Below are positions 13,809 to 22,610 of a stretch of DNA of 64,000 nucleotides, in pieces. Source of the DNA: a virus (Duplodnaviria > Caudoviricetes). The stretch lies in IMG/VR virus record IMGVR_UViG_3300035505_000178, one strand, 5' to 3'. Numbering within the stretch: position 1 is the stretch's first letter; each line of letters opens with the position of its first letter. Made by a program: the position numbers and the translations under genes. The notes under the pieces were generated by a model that was not told where the DNA came from, made no database searches, and saw nothing but the letters and a program-made list of their open reading frames with translations.

Positions 13809-13935
13809 TTATTTTTCTCATTTTACATTAATCATATATCATTTTAATCTAAATAAATTTTGTATTTAACAATAATATAAATATATATGATATTGTACAA
13901 ATAATTAACCATATTATTACATATAATTTAAACAA

Positions 13936-14568
13936 ATGAATTATTTTTAGGACTTTACCTTATCTTTTCTTAAAGATGGATCTAAAATTCACATTAAAGA
14001 AGAAAATAAAGGTAAATTTACAGAGTCAGCTAAAAGGGCAGGTGAATCTGTTTAGGAACATGCTCATAAAGTTCTAAATAATCCTCACGCAACTAAATTA
14101 CAAAAGAAAAGAGCGTAGTTTGCAGTTAATGCGAAGAAATGGAAAGCTTAGGACGGAATGAAAATTAATCCTTATGATGCTGGTAATCTAACTGAAACAA
14201 TGTATAAAAATTTTAGTTTTGAAGATTATGGAGAACCGTGGCACCATTATAAGTTTACTATTCCAGAATAGTTAGCAGACAAACTAGGATATTTACCAGA
14301 TGAAAGAGGTCATAGAGATGATAGAGTTAAACTTATTACACATCCAAGTTCTCCTTATAGAGGAAAATGGAAATCACTGTATTAGTTTGATTTAACAGAT
14401 TTTGGTATGAATAATCCTAATCATACAATATTTGGATTAGCAGATGGTGGACAAGACCCACAAGCTGTAGTTACATATAAAGGAGGAATAGTACTTCCAG
14501 AAATTACTGTAACACCTAAAAGTAAATATGTAATGAATCCATATGATAATAGAAAGTTTTATTTATGA
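13936..14568 (+). CDS. crAss-type protein with IHIK..KGKFT…KRAQFA.NAKKW domain, 210 aa (TAG=Gln)
   Basis: Manual translation through TAGs; TGA overlaps next ATG (ATGA). Confidence 0.8.
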
Positions 14569-14750
14569 CGTATCAACAATCTAAAGAAAAAGCAAAAGAA
14601 GGTAAGATAATAATGTTACCAAATTATGTAGGATATTTTAATTGGGATTATGGTATAGAAAATTTAGTATTCCACAATAATACATATATTTGTGTAGCTG
14701 ATGATTTAGATAATATTAAAAACAGAAACGATTTTTATTATATTATATGA
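14565..14750 (+). CDS. hypothetical protein
   Basis: ORF track; ATGA overlaps on both sides. Confidence 0.7.
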   Translation: MTYQQSKEKAKEGKIIMLPNYVGYFNWDYGIENLVFHNNTYICVADDLDNIKNRNDFYYII

Positions 14751-15382
14751 CAGACTGGATTAATGGATGGATTCCAGAAAGAAAACGACAAGATTATTAT
14801 GATAGAATAAATCCAGGTGCTGGATTTGGACCATTTGCATTTATAGGATAGGGATTTAAATATTATTTAGGAGATGGAAGTAGTAGACAAAAAGCAACTC
14901 CAGAATCAGAAGCTAGATGGGCAGCATATTTAGGGCTACCTTATGATAAGTCTAAAGCTCCTGACACTAAAATAAGATTTGAACACGATAAAGATTATCC
15001 TGACCGATAGTATCAAGGATTAAGTGAAGATGCTAAAAATGAAATAAGAGAAAGGATAATTCCAGTACTTGAAGATAATGAATTGAAAGAAGGATGGACT
15101 TAGGTAATAGGAGACAACAATCCTATAAAAAGAAAAGCTAAATTTACTAAAGATAAAACTGTAATATATCCTAGACAAGATCATACTGATGATCTTGAAA
15201 GTTTTGGAATTAGAGAAGTAGGAAATTCTGGAATTTATGAAGTAGGAGATAAATATGATTTTCCTTGGTATGTTCCAATTCCAGATAGACCAGAAGGAAG
15301 AGAACTAATGATTAGAGATACTATATGGAGCCCAAGAGCTAATCCAAAAGAATATAAAAAATTAGTTAAAAAAAGACAATGA
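14747..15382 (+). CDS. hypothetical protein, 211 aa (TAG=Gln)
   Basis: ATGA overlaps at both ends only if TAG is read through. Confidence 0.75.
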
Positions 15383-15693
15383 AAATAATCTACAATAAAA
15401 TAATTCCGTTTCCAGGTTATAAAGCAATAAACTTATTTGGAATATTATTTGCTAGAAAGAATGCAAAGATAGATTAGAAAACTATCAATCATGAATCTAT
15501 TCACACAACTTAGATGAAAGAGATGTTATATATTCCTTTTTATATTTGGTATTTAATTGAATATATAATTCTCCTTATAAAGAAAGATAAGAATCCTTAT
15601 AGAAATATCCGATTTGAAAAGGAAGCTTATTTATATCAAGATGATGATGAATATTTGAAACATAGAACACATTTTGTATGGGCAAGCTTGTAA
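15379..15693 (+). CDS. HExxH membrane-associated putative metallopeptidase (Bacteroidetes family), 104 aa (TAG=Gln)
   Basis: AINLFG…NHESIHTTQMKEMLYIPFYIWY…RNIRFEKEAY; the Q after the HExxH is TAG (15511). Confidence 0.8.
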
Positions 15694-16559
15694 AAAGATG
15701 TCAAACTGGTTCAGTACTTGATACTCCTTGGAGTAACTATATGGAAGAATTAAAAACTACTGATCCAGATAAGTATAATTAAATACAATATAATAAAGCT
15801 CGCAATAAAGCTCCACATAGCGAAATAGTAACCTATACTGACGCTTCTGGTAAAACTGTTAGAAGAGGAAATACTGGAGCTGGATATGTAAGTGGCAATG
15901 ATCCTGTAGGAGATTTTATTGTTACAGGTGCTGTGTTAGGTAAGCCTTTAAGTTGGGTTGGTGGTAAAGCAGTAGACTTAGGATTAGGAATTGCTGGTAA
16001 ATATGGAAGTGGAACTGTTCAATAGGCTGCTAGAAATAGACTTGTTGGTAGAGTAATGAGCAGACAAACTCCAGAAACTCCTCAAACTATATTCTTTAAT
16101 AATGTAGGTTGGGGTCCGAAAGAAACTATGAATGTAGTTCATAAATCTTTATCTGCTGAACCTCTTAAATTATATAATCCTAATAGATATGATGTTGTTA
16201 ATGAAGGAGCTAATCCTCATGGTATTTGGTACACTATAAATCAAGGAGTTGAAAGAACTGCTAAAAATTCTACTCCAGAAAAAGCTGTTAAAGCTGCAAA
16301 TACAAGAAAAATGTTTGCTAAACGTCCTTATACTCATGAAGGAGAATTAACTTTAGATAAACCTATGGTTACTGTAGGTGATGTTCCAGATAGATCATAT
16401 TTAAGTTATTATGCAGATAATGCTGGAGCTGATGGATTAATTTATAATGATATTTATGACAATGGATATAATCATGCTAGAGAAGTATTATCTTATAAAC
16501 TTCATGATAATTAGCCATTAAATATTCCGTCAAATAATAAAGAACTTATATATAAATAA
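15678..16559 (+). pseudogene. 293-codon late gene (TAG=Gln) interrupted by one in-frame TAA at 15780
   Basis: MGKLVKRCQTG start in frame with fragment 16056-16514; single TAA at codon 35. Confidence 0.55.
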
Positions 16560-16568
16560 AAATAGAAA

Positions 16569-17396
16569 ATGATAAAAAATAAGCTTATAAAAAGATATTA
16601 TGAAGGTGGTAAAAGTATACTAAATAAAGAACCAGCTGCTGTAGATAATACTTATGTAAGAAAACCTGAAATATTTACTCCTATAAAAGTTAAAGATAAA
16701 GAAGCAGAAGCCATTAAAGAAAGAATACGTGTAGCAGAAGAATGGCAAAGACAAAATAGTGTAAATCCAGAGGTTTATGATATATTTGAAAATCCTAAAA
16801 AATCTGCTATAATAGAGGCAAAACTAAAATCACGTCGATTTAATAGTATTCCTTATATTAAGGATGATGAAATAATGCTTAGGACAGGTAAATACAATAC
16901 AGGTAAAATAAGTAAAAATGTATTGGATTCTATTTATGCTTCTTCACAAAGAACTGGAGTTCCTATTGAAATTCCTATGGGAATAGCTGGAGTTGAAAGT
17001 ACTTTAGGAATAGGATATGGATTTAAAGAAGGTCGTCCAATTTCAAGTACTGAATTAGTCTCTAATTGGCAGCAATTTGGACTGAATACAGAAAAAGTAT
17101 CTGAAGTAAATAAATATAATGATATTTATCATAAATATTTAAAAGGTGAAAGATTATCTGATTCTGAAATTGAATTTGTAAAAAAGCGGGAAGAAAAGAA
17201 TAATGTTAATCTAAAAAATGTGGAAGCCGTAAAAGAACTTAAAGAAAATCCCATTGATAATGCTGTTAGATATTTCTTAAAGGGGAAGTATAATCCAGAA
17301 GAACCTGGATACAATGATAAAGTAAGAACAGAGGGCAAACTTTTAATGACAGACCCAGCTATTAAGAAATGGTACAATAATAAAATTAAGAAGTAA
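16569..17396 (+). CDS. putative virion protein with lysozyme-fold (transglycosylase-like) segment
   Basis: RTGVPIEIPMGIAGVESTLG; N-terminal KLIKRYYEGG. Confidence 0.55.
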   Translation: MIKNKLIKRYYEGGKSILNKEPAAVDNTYVRKPEIFTPIKVKDKEAEAIKERIRVAEEWQRQNSVNPEVYDIFENPKKSAIIEAKLKSRRFNSIPYIKDDEIMLRTGKYNTGKISKNVLDSIYASSQRTGVPIEIPMGIAGVESTLGIGYGFKEGRPISSTELVSNWQQFGLNTEKVSEVNKYNDIYHKYLKGERLSDSEIEFVKKREEKNNVNLKNVEAVKELKENPIDNAVRYFLKGKYNPEEPGYNDKVRTEGKLLMTDPAIKKWYNNKIKK

Positions 17397-17400
17397 ATAC

Positions 17401-19053
17401 ATGACAAAACTTATAAAGAGATACTAGCAAGGAGGGGTCAATGAATATACTATATAGCCTGGCGACAATTTAAGTATAATTGCAAAAAATAACAATGTTA
17501 AATTAAACGATTTAATAAGTCTTAATAATATATAGGATCGCAATTTTATAAGAGTTGGACAAAAATTAAAACTTCCTCAATCGGTAAAAAAGTTTAATGA
17601 TTAGACTACTACTGAATATATTATACAGCCAGGTGATAATTTAAGTACGATTGCTAAGAACAACAATGTTAATTTAGATGATTTAATACGTCTTAATGGT
17701 ATACAAAACACCAATCTTATTGGAGTTGGTTAGAAATTAAAAATTCCTCAATATAAACCTACTTATTAGGTAAGAAGTTTTAATGATATTTAGTAGATAG
17801 AATCTAATTTAAATTAGAAAAGTGATATTGATATTATTAATACTTATCATGCAACTAAATAGGATAATACTCCTTATATAATAGACGATAAGAAGAACAA
17901 TAAACTAAATGTATATATTAATGGAAAATTGATTAAATCGTTTAATGCTATACATGGAAAATATTCTAATTCTTTTGGAAATACTTATAATAAAAAAACA
18001 AAAACTGGATATTAGCAAACTGATATTGATCCAGATGAAATGACTATAACCTATGTTGATAGTAAAGGAAATATAAAGAATTTAGCTGGTAATCTTACAA
18101 CTCCTGCAGGAATATACTTCTCTAGTAGAAGTAATAACTATCATGGAGCACCTTCTTATATAAGAAGAACTCAACAACAGATAGATTCTAAAAATAATTT
18201 AGGTATTCCATCATCTATACATGCAAGAACTATAAGAGAAGGCGCTAATACTAATGGGTGTACTGGATTATCTAATGAAGACTTACATAAGTTATCTAAG
18301 CTATTAGATGGATATGATAATGTTCCAACTTATATTCTTCCTTCTAATCCACAGAATAGATTTATGATTAGAAATGGATAGCTTTAGTTTAATTCACATG
18401 ATGCTAGTAAAACACCAAATCATTTTACTATAGACTATTCTCCTATTAAGTCAATTAAGTATTCTGCTACAGGATTAGATTCACATTAGAGAGAAGTATA
18501 TAGTGGATTCTCTAAAGGATTAATGCAAAATAAGACTAATCTTTAGAAAGATTTAGGTATTAATAATGATACTTATATACAATTATCTTAGGCTGCGTTA
18601 GGTATATTAGGAGCTGAATCTTAGTATGGATAGAAACATAGTCCTCTTATGAATTTCGCAAGAGCTGCTCATAAATTTATCTCTCATAATAATAGTTCTC
18701 CAGATATTTATAGTAAATATACTACATACGGAGCTAATAAAGATAATAATTCTATAGGATTGACTTAGATACGTTTAAAACGAGAAGAAAATGGTAAATT
18801 AGTAGATAATTTATCTGAAAGATCTAAAGCTCTATTTAAAAAGTATAATATTACAAAAGATGATTTAGTGAATAGTCCAGAAAAAGCAGCTATTGCTACT
18901 ATGATAATATTGGGAGATAATTATTTAAATAGAGGTAGGACAGTTTAGAAAGCTGTTGCTTCTTGGAATCCAAGATAGAATTATTACGATAGAGTAATGA
19001 ATAATTCTAAAAGAGCAGTATTCAGTTAGAATTATCTTAATTTTAAAACATAA
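17401..19053 (+). CDS. 2xLysM + L,D-transpeptidase (YkuD-like) + lytic transglycosylase-like protein, 550 aa (TAG=Gln)
   Basis: YTIQPGDNLS..IA LysM repeats; TPAGIY…SIHAR…TNGCTGL; GILGAES…GLTQI…ASWN; about 20 in-frame TAG. Confidence 0.85.
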
Positions 19054-19754
19054 TGACTAAATATACAAAAAAACAATAGAAATTAATAAGAAGAGGAACT
19101 CCAGGAATACCTAAATATACATAGGAACAATTAGAAGAACGTAGGAAGCAATTAGATAGAGAAGCCGAAGAACAACGAAGACAAATAGCATTATTTCAAG
19201 GAGCTTTAGATCAAGCTGCTGAAGGTTATACTAATCTTGGTCCATCATATAAGGAAGCACAGAAAATAGAGGAGGAAGAAAGATTAAAGAATTGGAGAGA
19301 TTACAAATTAGGAGTAGACGCTACTATGAGAGCCGCTGAATTAGCTTCTGCTGGATATGGTGTTATAAGAGGTGCAGGACATTTATTTCCTAGCTTATCT
19401 AGTTTAAGTACTTCAAGGTATTTTGTACCAAGAGTAATTGGAAAAGCTTTTACTAATGTAGACTATCCACAGTTATTAATGAATACTGTAGGAGGAGTTG
19501 CGGATGGTTATCAATTAGTTACAGCCGATAATACTTTTGATAAAATTGATAATGGTGCAGAGTCTGTATTTGATACTGCTGGCATTGTTGGAGCAACTAA
19601 TGTTGTAAGAAGTACCCCTTTCTTTGGTAAATACAGAAATGCAATAGATACTACATTAGATGCAATGGGTTATACCGCTGCTGGATGGGATTTATTTAAA
19701 GTTACTCCTTGGGGAGAAAAAGTTACTAATTATTTAAAAACAAAACATGAGTAA
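19053..19754 (+). CDS. hypothetical protein, 233 aa (TAG=Gln)
   Basis: TAATG overlap with upstream gene; two TAG before fragment 19326-19754. Confidence 0.75.
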
Positions 19755-19983
19755 GATAAAAGAATTTCTAGTTAAAATGGTAACATCACATTCTGGAATA
19801 TCTTCTAAAAGAGTATGTGGTGTTATAGGATTTATAGTAATAGTATTTGTACTTATATATTGCACTATTAATGTTGTACAAGCTCCAGTTATGATTGATA
19901 CATTTATATATGCAATATGTATTTTATTAGGTGTAGATAGTGTTACTGGAATATTTAAGAATTTTACAAATAATGAGAAATAA
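19747..19983 (+). CDS. putative holin (2 TM)
   Basis: SSKRV followed by two hydrophobic helices; last gene of the cell-wall enzyme operon. Confidence 0.6.
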   Translation: MSKIKEFLVKMVTSHSGISSKRVCGVIGFIVIVFVLIYCTINVVQAPVMIDTFIYAICILLGVDSVTGIFKNFTNNEK

Positions 19984-20025
19984 ATAAAAGGCGACTTCCA
20001 ATTAAGGGAGCCGCCTTTTATTTTT
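19982..20025. terminator. bidirectional intrinsic terminator
   Basis: AAATAAAAGGCGACTTCC-loop-GGGAGCCGCCTTTTATTTTT between convergent genes. Confidence 0.8.
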
Positions 20026-20146
20026 ACCAAGATGTGCTTAATTTATTTAATTCATCTAAGAAATCTAAAGTTATTTGTTCATTTTCTAAATTATTTTCAA
20101 ATATTTTATTTATAAGAGTTTTAGTTTGCAATAAAACATCTGACAT
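20024..20146 (-). CDS. small hypothetical protein (40 aa)
   Basis: MSDVLLQTKTL…; follows 20154-20456. Confidence 0.45.
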   Translation of the reverse strand: MSDVLLQTKTLINKIFENNLENEQITLDFLDELNKLSTSW

Positions 20147-20153
20147 TTCTTCT

Positions 20154-20456
20154 TTAATTTTGTCTAACGAATGATTCATAATCTTTTATTACATTTTTAA
20201 GTTTTTCTAAAGTAGGATAAATACTTATTATAGTTTCCCCTCGGTCATTCTTATAAAAGTACTTTTTAATTTCTTCTTCTGTTTCCTCTTTTTTTGTAAT
20301 CTGTTTCCAATAGATATAACACTCTTCTAATTTATCTTCTGAACATTCAGTTAAGATTTTTATATCTGGATTATTGATGATTTTGTTATATTTTCTTTTT
20401 AAATTAGAAACTTTAACTACATCGTTACCGTTTAATATTACTGCACATTTTTCCAT
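20154..20456 (-). CDS. hypothetical protein
   Basis: ORF track; ATG 2 nt after the 3' end of the suppressor tRNA. Confidence 0.7.
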   Translation of the reverse strand: MEKCAVILNGNDVVKVSNLKRKYNKIINNPDIKILTECSEDKLEECYIYWKQITKKEETEEEIKKYFYKNDRGETIISIYPTLEKLKNVIKDYESFVRQN

Positions 20457-20457
20457 G

Positions 20458-20758
20458 TTATCCCACTAGGATTCGAACCTAGACTAAAAGATTTCGTACT
20501 ACATTTACTTTCACATAAACTACCATATTATAAATAACTTAGGTATTGTAGTCTGGACTATTTCTTTACCATTTAAAAGGTATCCCCTGTATAGTCTCTA
20601 CGCCATTTATCCTTTAAAAGGAATTTAGTAAGCCATCGCCACATCTATTATTTCTAATAAAAAGGTTTCTGTTTATTAGGGGGAATTTTCAATATATATT
20701 TCTATATAAAGCTCCTGATTTTAAGAGTCTTCTGTGCTGACCATTACACCATAGGACA
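20458..20758 (-). tRNA. intron-containing amber suppressor tRNA (anticodon CUA, Gln-type body); exons 20758-20724 and 20494-20458
   Basis: Spliced: TGTCCTA TG GTGT AATGGTCA GCAC A GAAGA CTCT|AAA TCTTT TAGT CTAGG TTCGAAT CCTAG TGGGATA A, a full cloverleaf. Confidence 0.9.
20495..20723 (-). ncRNA. group I self-splicing intron (229 nt, no ORF) in the anticodon
   Basis: 5' exon ends in U paired with G of GGAG (P1); P2 with GAAA loop; P3 TTCCCC/GGGGA; P7 GAGACTA / AAGAAATAGTCC; P8; P9 ACTACA/TGTAGT; terminal G. Confidence 0.88.
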
Positions 20759-20764
20759 ATTATC

Positions 20765-20887
20765 TTATTTATTCTCTAACTTCTTTTTTAAATCTGCATT
20801 CTCTTTGGTAAGTTCTTCTATTTTATGTTGCATAGCTAACATCTCACTTCTGACATTAGCTAGCAACATTCTAATTTGCTCAAACAT
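20765..20887 (-). CDS. small coiled-coil protein (40 aa)
   Basis: MFEQIRMLLANVRSEMLAMQHKIEELTKEN…; overlaps upstream stop. Confidence 0.55.
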   Translation of the reverse strand: MFEQIRMLLANVRSEMLAMQHKIEELTKENADLKKKLENK

Positions 20888-21248
20888 ATTGAGTAAGTTG
20901 TTTAATCTTATTAGAAGCAACTACCTTCAAAGCCTCTTTAAATTTTAAAATTGAAAGTCGTTGTGATTCAATATCATCACTATCAAGACCTGTTTGAATA
21001 CGGTTAATTGTATCATTGCCTAACAAGTCACAAGTATCTACAAATAAATCATCATCTAACTGTTCTAAGAAATCCTGAAACTCTTCAGTTAAACTAGGAG
21101 CCTTTTCGATATGGATGCTTAGGGAGTTATCATCAGAATTAGCAGATATTACTAAATTACCAGCTTTAAGATTACACACTCCTTTTTGTTTTAATTCTTC
21201 GATGAGTCTATTACCAATATCCTCAGTCAATACACTTAAATTAATCAT
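20880..21248 (-). CDS. hypothetical protein (probably leaderless)
   Basis: ORF track; ATG 21248 lies just after the promoter motif. Confidence 0.7.
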   Translation of the reverse strand: MINLSVLTEDIGNRLIEELKQKGVCNLKAGNLVISANSDDNSLSIHIEKAPSLTEEFQDFLEQLDDDLFVDTCDLLGNDTINRIQTGLDSDDIESQRLSILKFKEALKVVASNKIKQLTQYV

Positions 21249-21250
21249 AT

Positions 21251-21308
21251 ACAATAGTACACACGATTTTAGAAAAGTCCAAGTTAAAAATTGTTAAAAA
21301 TTGTTAAA
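21251..21308 (-). promoter_or_regulatory. conserved promoter: (TTTAAC)x3 at 10-bp phase + TTG-N20-TACTATTG
   Basis: Same architecture at 41861 and 59731. Confidence 0.75.
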
Positions 21309-21657
21309 TTAAGAAAAACTAAAAGTAATCTTTATTTTTCTCCCCCCTCTCTACCTAAATAAAATTTGTTACGATTTAACACTTTTTAACAATCTCAAAA
21401 TGAAATTCGAATTACGTGAGTTCGATTATCGAGTGTACAACTTCGAAGTGTGAATTTGGCAGTAACCGAGATTAAAAGTAAATTTAGGAAGATTATGATG
21501 ATGAAGTATTTTAGGGTTGGAGAGAGGTGTTGTATCTTTTCTGAAAAAATTGAGTGGTAGTGGAGAGGCGGTAGACAACCCCTTTAGTCCCCCCCTGTAC
21601 TTTGATATACAAAAAGAATGTATATTGAAATATTAATCACTAAAAATTTATACAATT

Positions 21658-22095
21658 ATGGCAGAAACAAAAAATGACAACAAAGTGCTTAAGGGCGCTG
21701 AGTTGGATGCAGCTATTACCGCTGCTGCAAATGAGTTGAATCTTGGTTCGATGTTGAATTATCGTACTGCGGGTATCAGTCTTAAGAGAGGTGACTCTTT
21801 CAAGATTGTTTCTATCGCAAAGGTAGGACAACCTCGTGAAGAGTTTCAACCGTTGGTATATCGTACTAATACGGGCGCAAGCATCTCAGTTAAGAATTTT
21901 AACAATTCTGATTGGGGTGAAGATGTTGCGGGCGTAACGGTACGAGATAACATCGCATTCTTGCTCACGCACAAAGACAAGACCTTTACAGTCACAAAGA
22001 TTGTGGAGGAGGAGGAGCGTACCCTCAAAGGTGCGGGCGAGAAAGGCGCGGACATTACGTACAAGCCGAAGACCATTACTCTGGAGATGGAGTAA
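21658..22095 (+). CDS. hypothetical early protein (first gene of the + strand block; visibly more GC-rich)
   Basis: ORF track; A-rich leader; own terminator. Confidence 0.75.
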   Translation: MAETKNDNKVLKGAELDAAITAAANELNLGSMLNYRTAGISLKRGDSFKIVSIAKVGQPREEFQPLVYRTNTGASISVKNFNNSDWGEDVAGVTVRDNIAFLLTHKDKTFTVTKIVEEEERTLKGAGEKGADITYKPKTITLEME

Positions 22096-22111
22096 TAGGG
22101 TCTGCATCTGG

Positions 22112-22144
22112 AAAGGGGAGTGTGCAATGCACTCCCCTTTTTTT
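22112..22144 (+). terminator. intrinsic terminator
   Basis: AAAGGGGAGTGT-GCAA-TGCACTCCCCTTTTTTT. Confidence 0.85.
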
Positions 22145-22188
22145 ACTACTGTACTACTGTTTGTAGCTATTTGTTATATAAGATTTGT

Positions 22189-22398
22189 ATGAACGTAAAA
22201 GTAAAAAAGCTTTTGTATTGGTATGGAGCATATTTCGATTTCTATACGAAAAAAAGATATGATTTTCATAGCGATGTTGCGTATTGCCGAGAAGGCGTGG
22301 TTTTAGCACAAATATATAATGATTTTGTAATCAGGCGTATGTTTGTAGATGAACCATATGATATAGATATTTATAATGAATTAATAAGATTGTATTAG
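22189..22398 (+). CDS. hypothetical protein
   Basis: ATG 22189 inside track ORF 22120-22398; ends at TAG. Confidence 0.45.
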   Translation: MNVKVKKLLYWYGAYFDFYTKKRYDFHSDVAYCREGVVLAQIYNDFVIRRMFVDEPYDIDIYNELIRLY

Positions 22399-22518
22399 TA
22401 TATGTTAGATTTTTGAGAGAGGGGTTGGAAAAGTGGTAGTGTCCCCATCACCCCCAAAATTCCCAATTCCTCTCTTTTCTAAAAATCCCAATTTCGGAGT
22501 CATTATAATTACAACTTT

Positions 22519-22577
22519 TTACTGTCGTGCCCACCAAAGCACCTGATGAGTCGCTGCAAATTGCGACGAAACAGTAA
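22519..22577 (+). ncRNA. type III hammerhead ribozyme
   Basis: TTACTGTC^GTGC-loop-GCAC CTGATGA GTCGC-loop-GCGAC GAA ACAGTAA; complete core; cleavage after C22526. Confidence 0.92.
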
Positions 22578-22610
22578 CCTATATATATAAATAAATAAAA
22601 ATTAACTATT

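Noticed and set aside
15780-15782. General TAA recoding
   Set aside because: Single case; TAA is the normal stop everywhere else, and the UAA-anticodon tRNA at 42082 is an ordinary Leu tRNA reading TTA.
20495-20723. Homing endonuclease inside the intron
   Set aside because: The intron is only 229 nt with no ORF.
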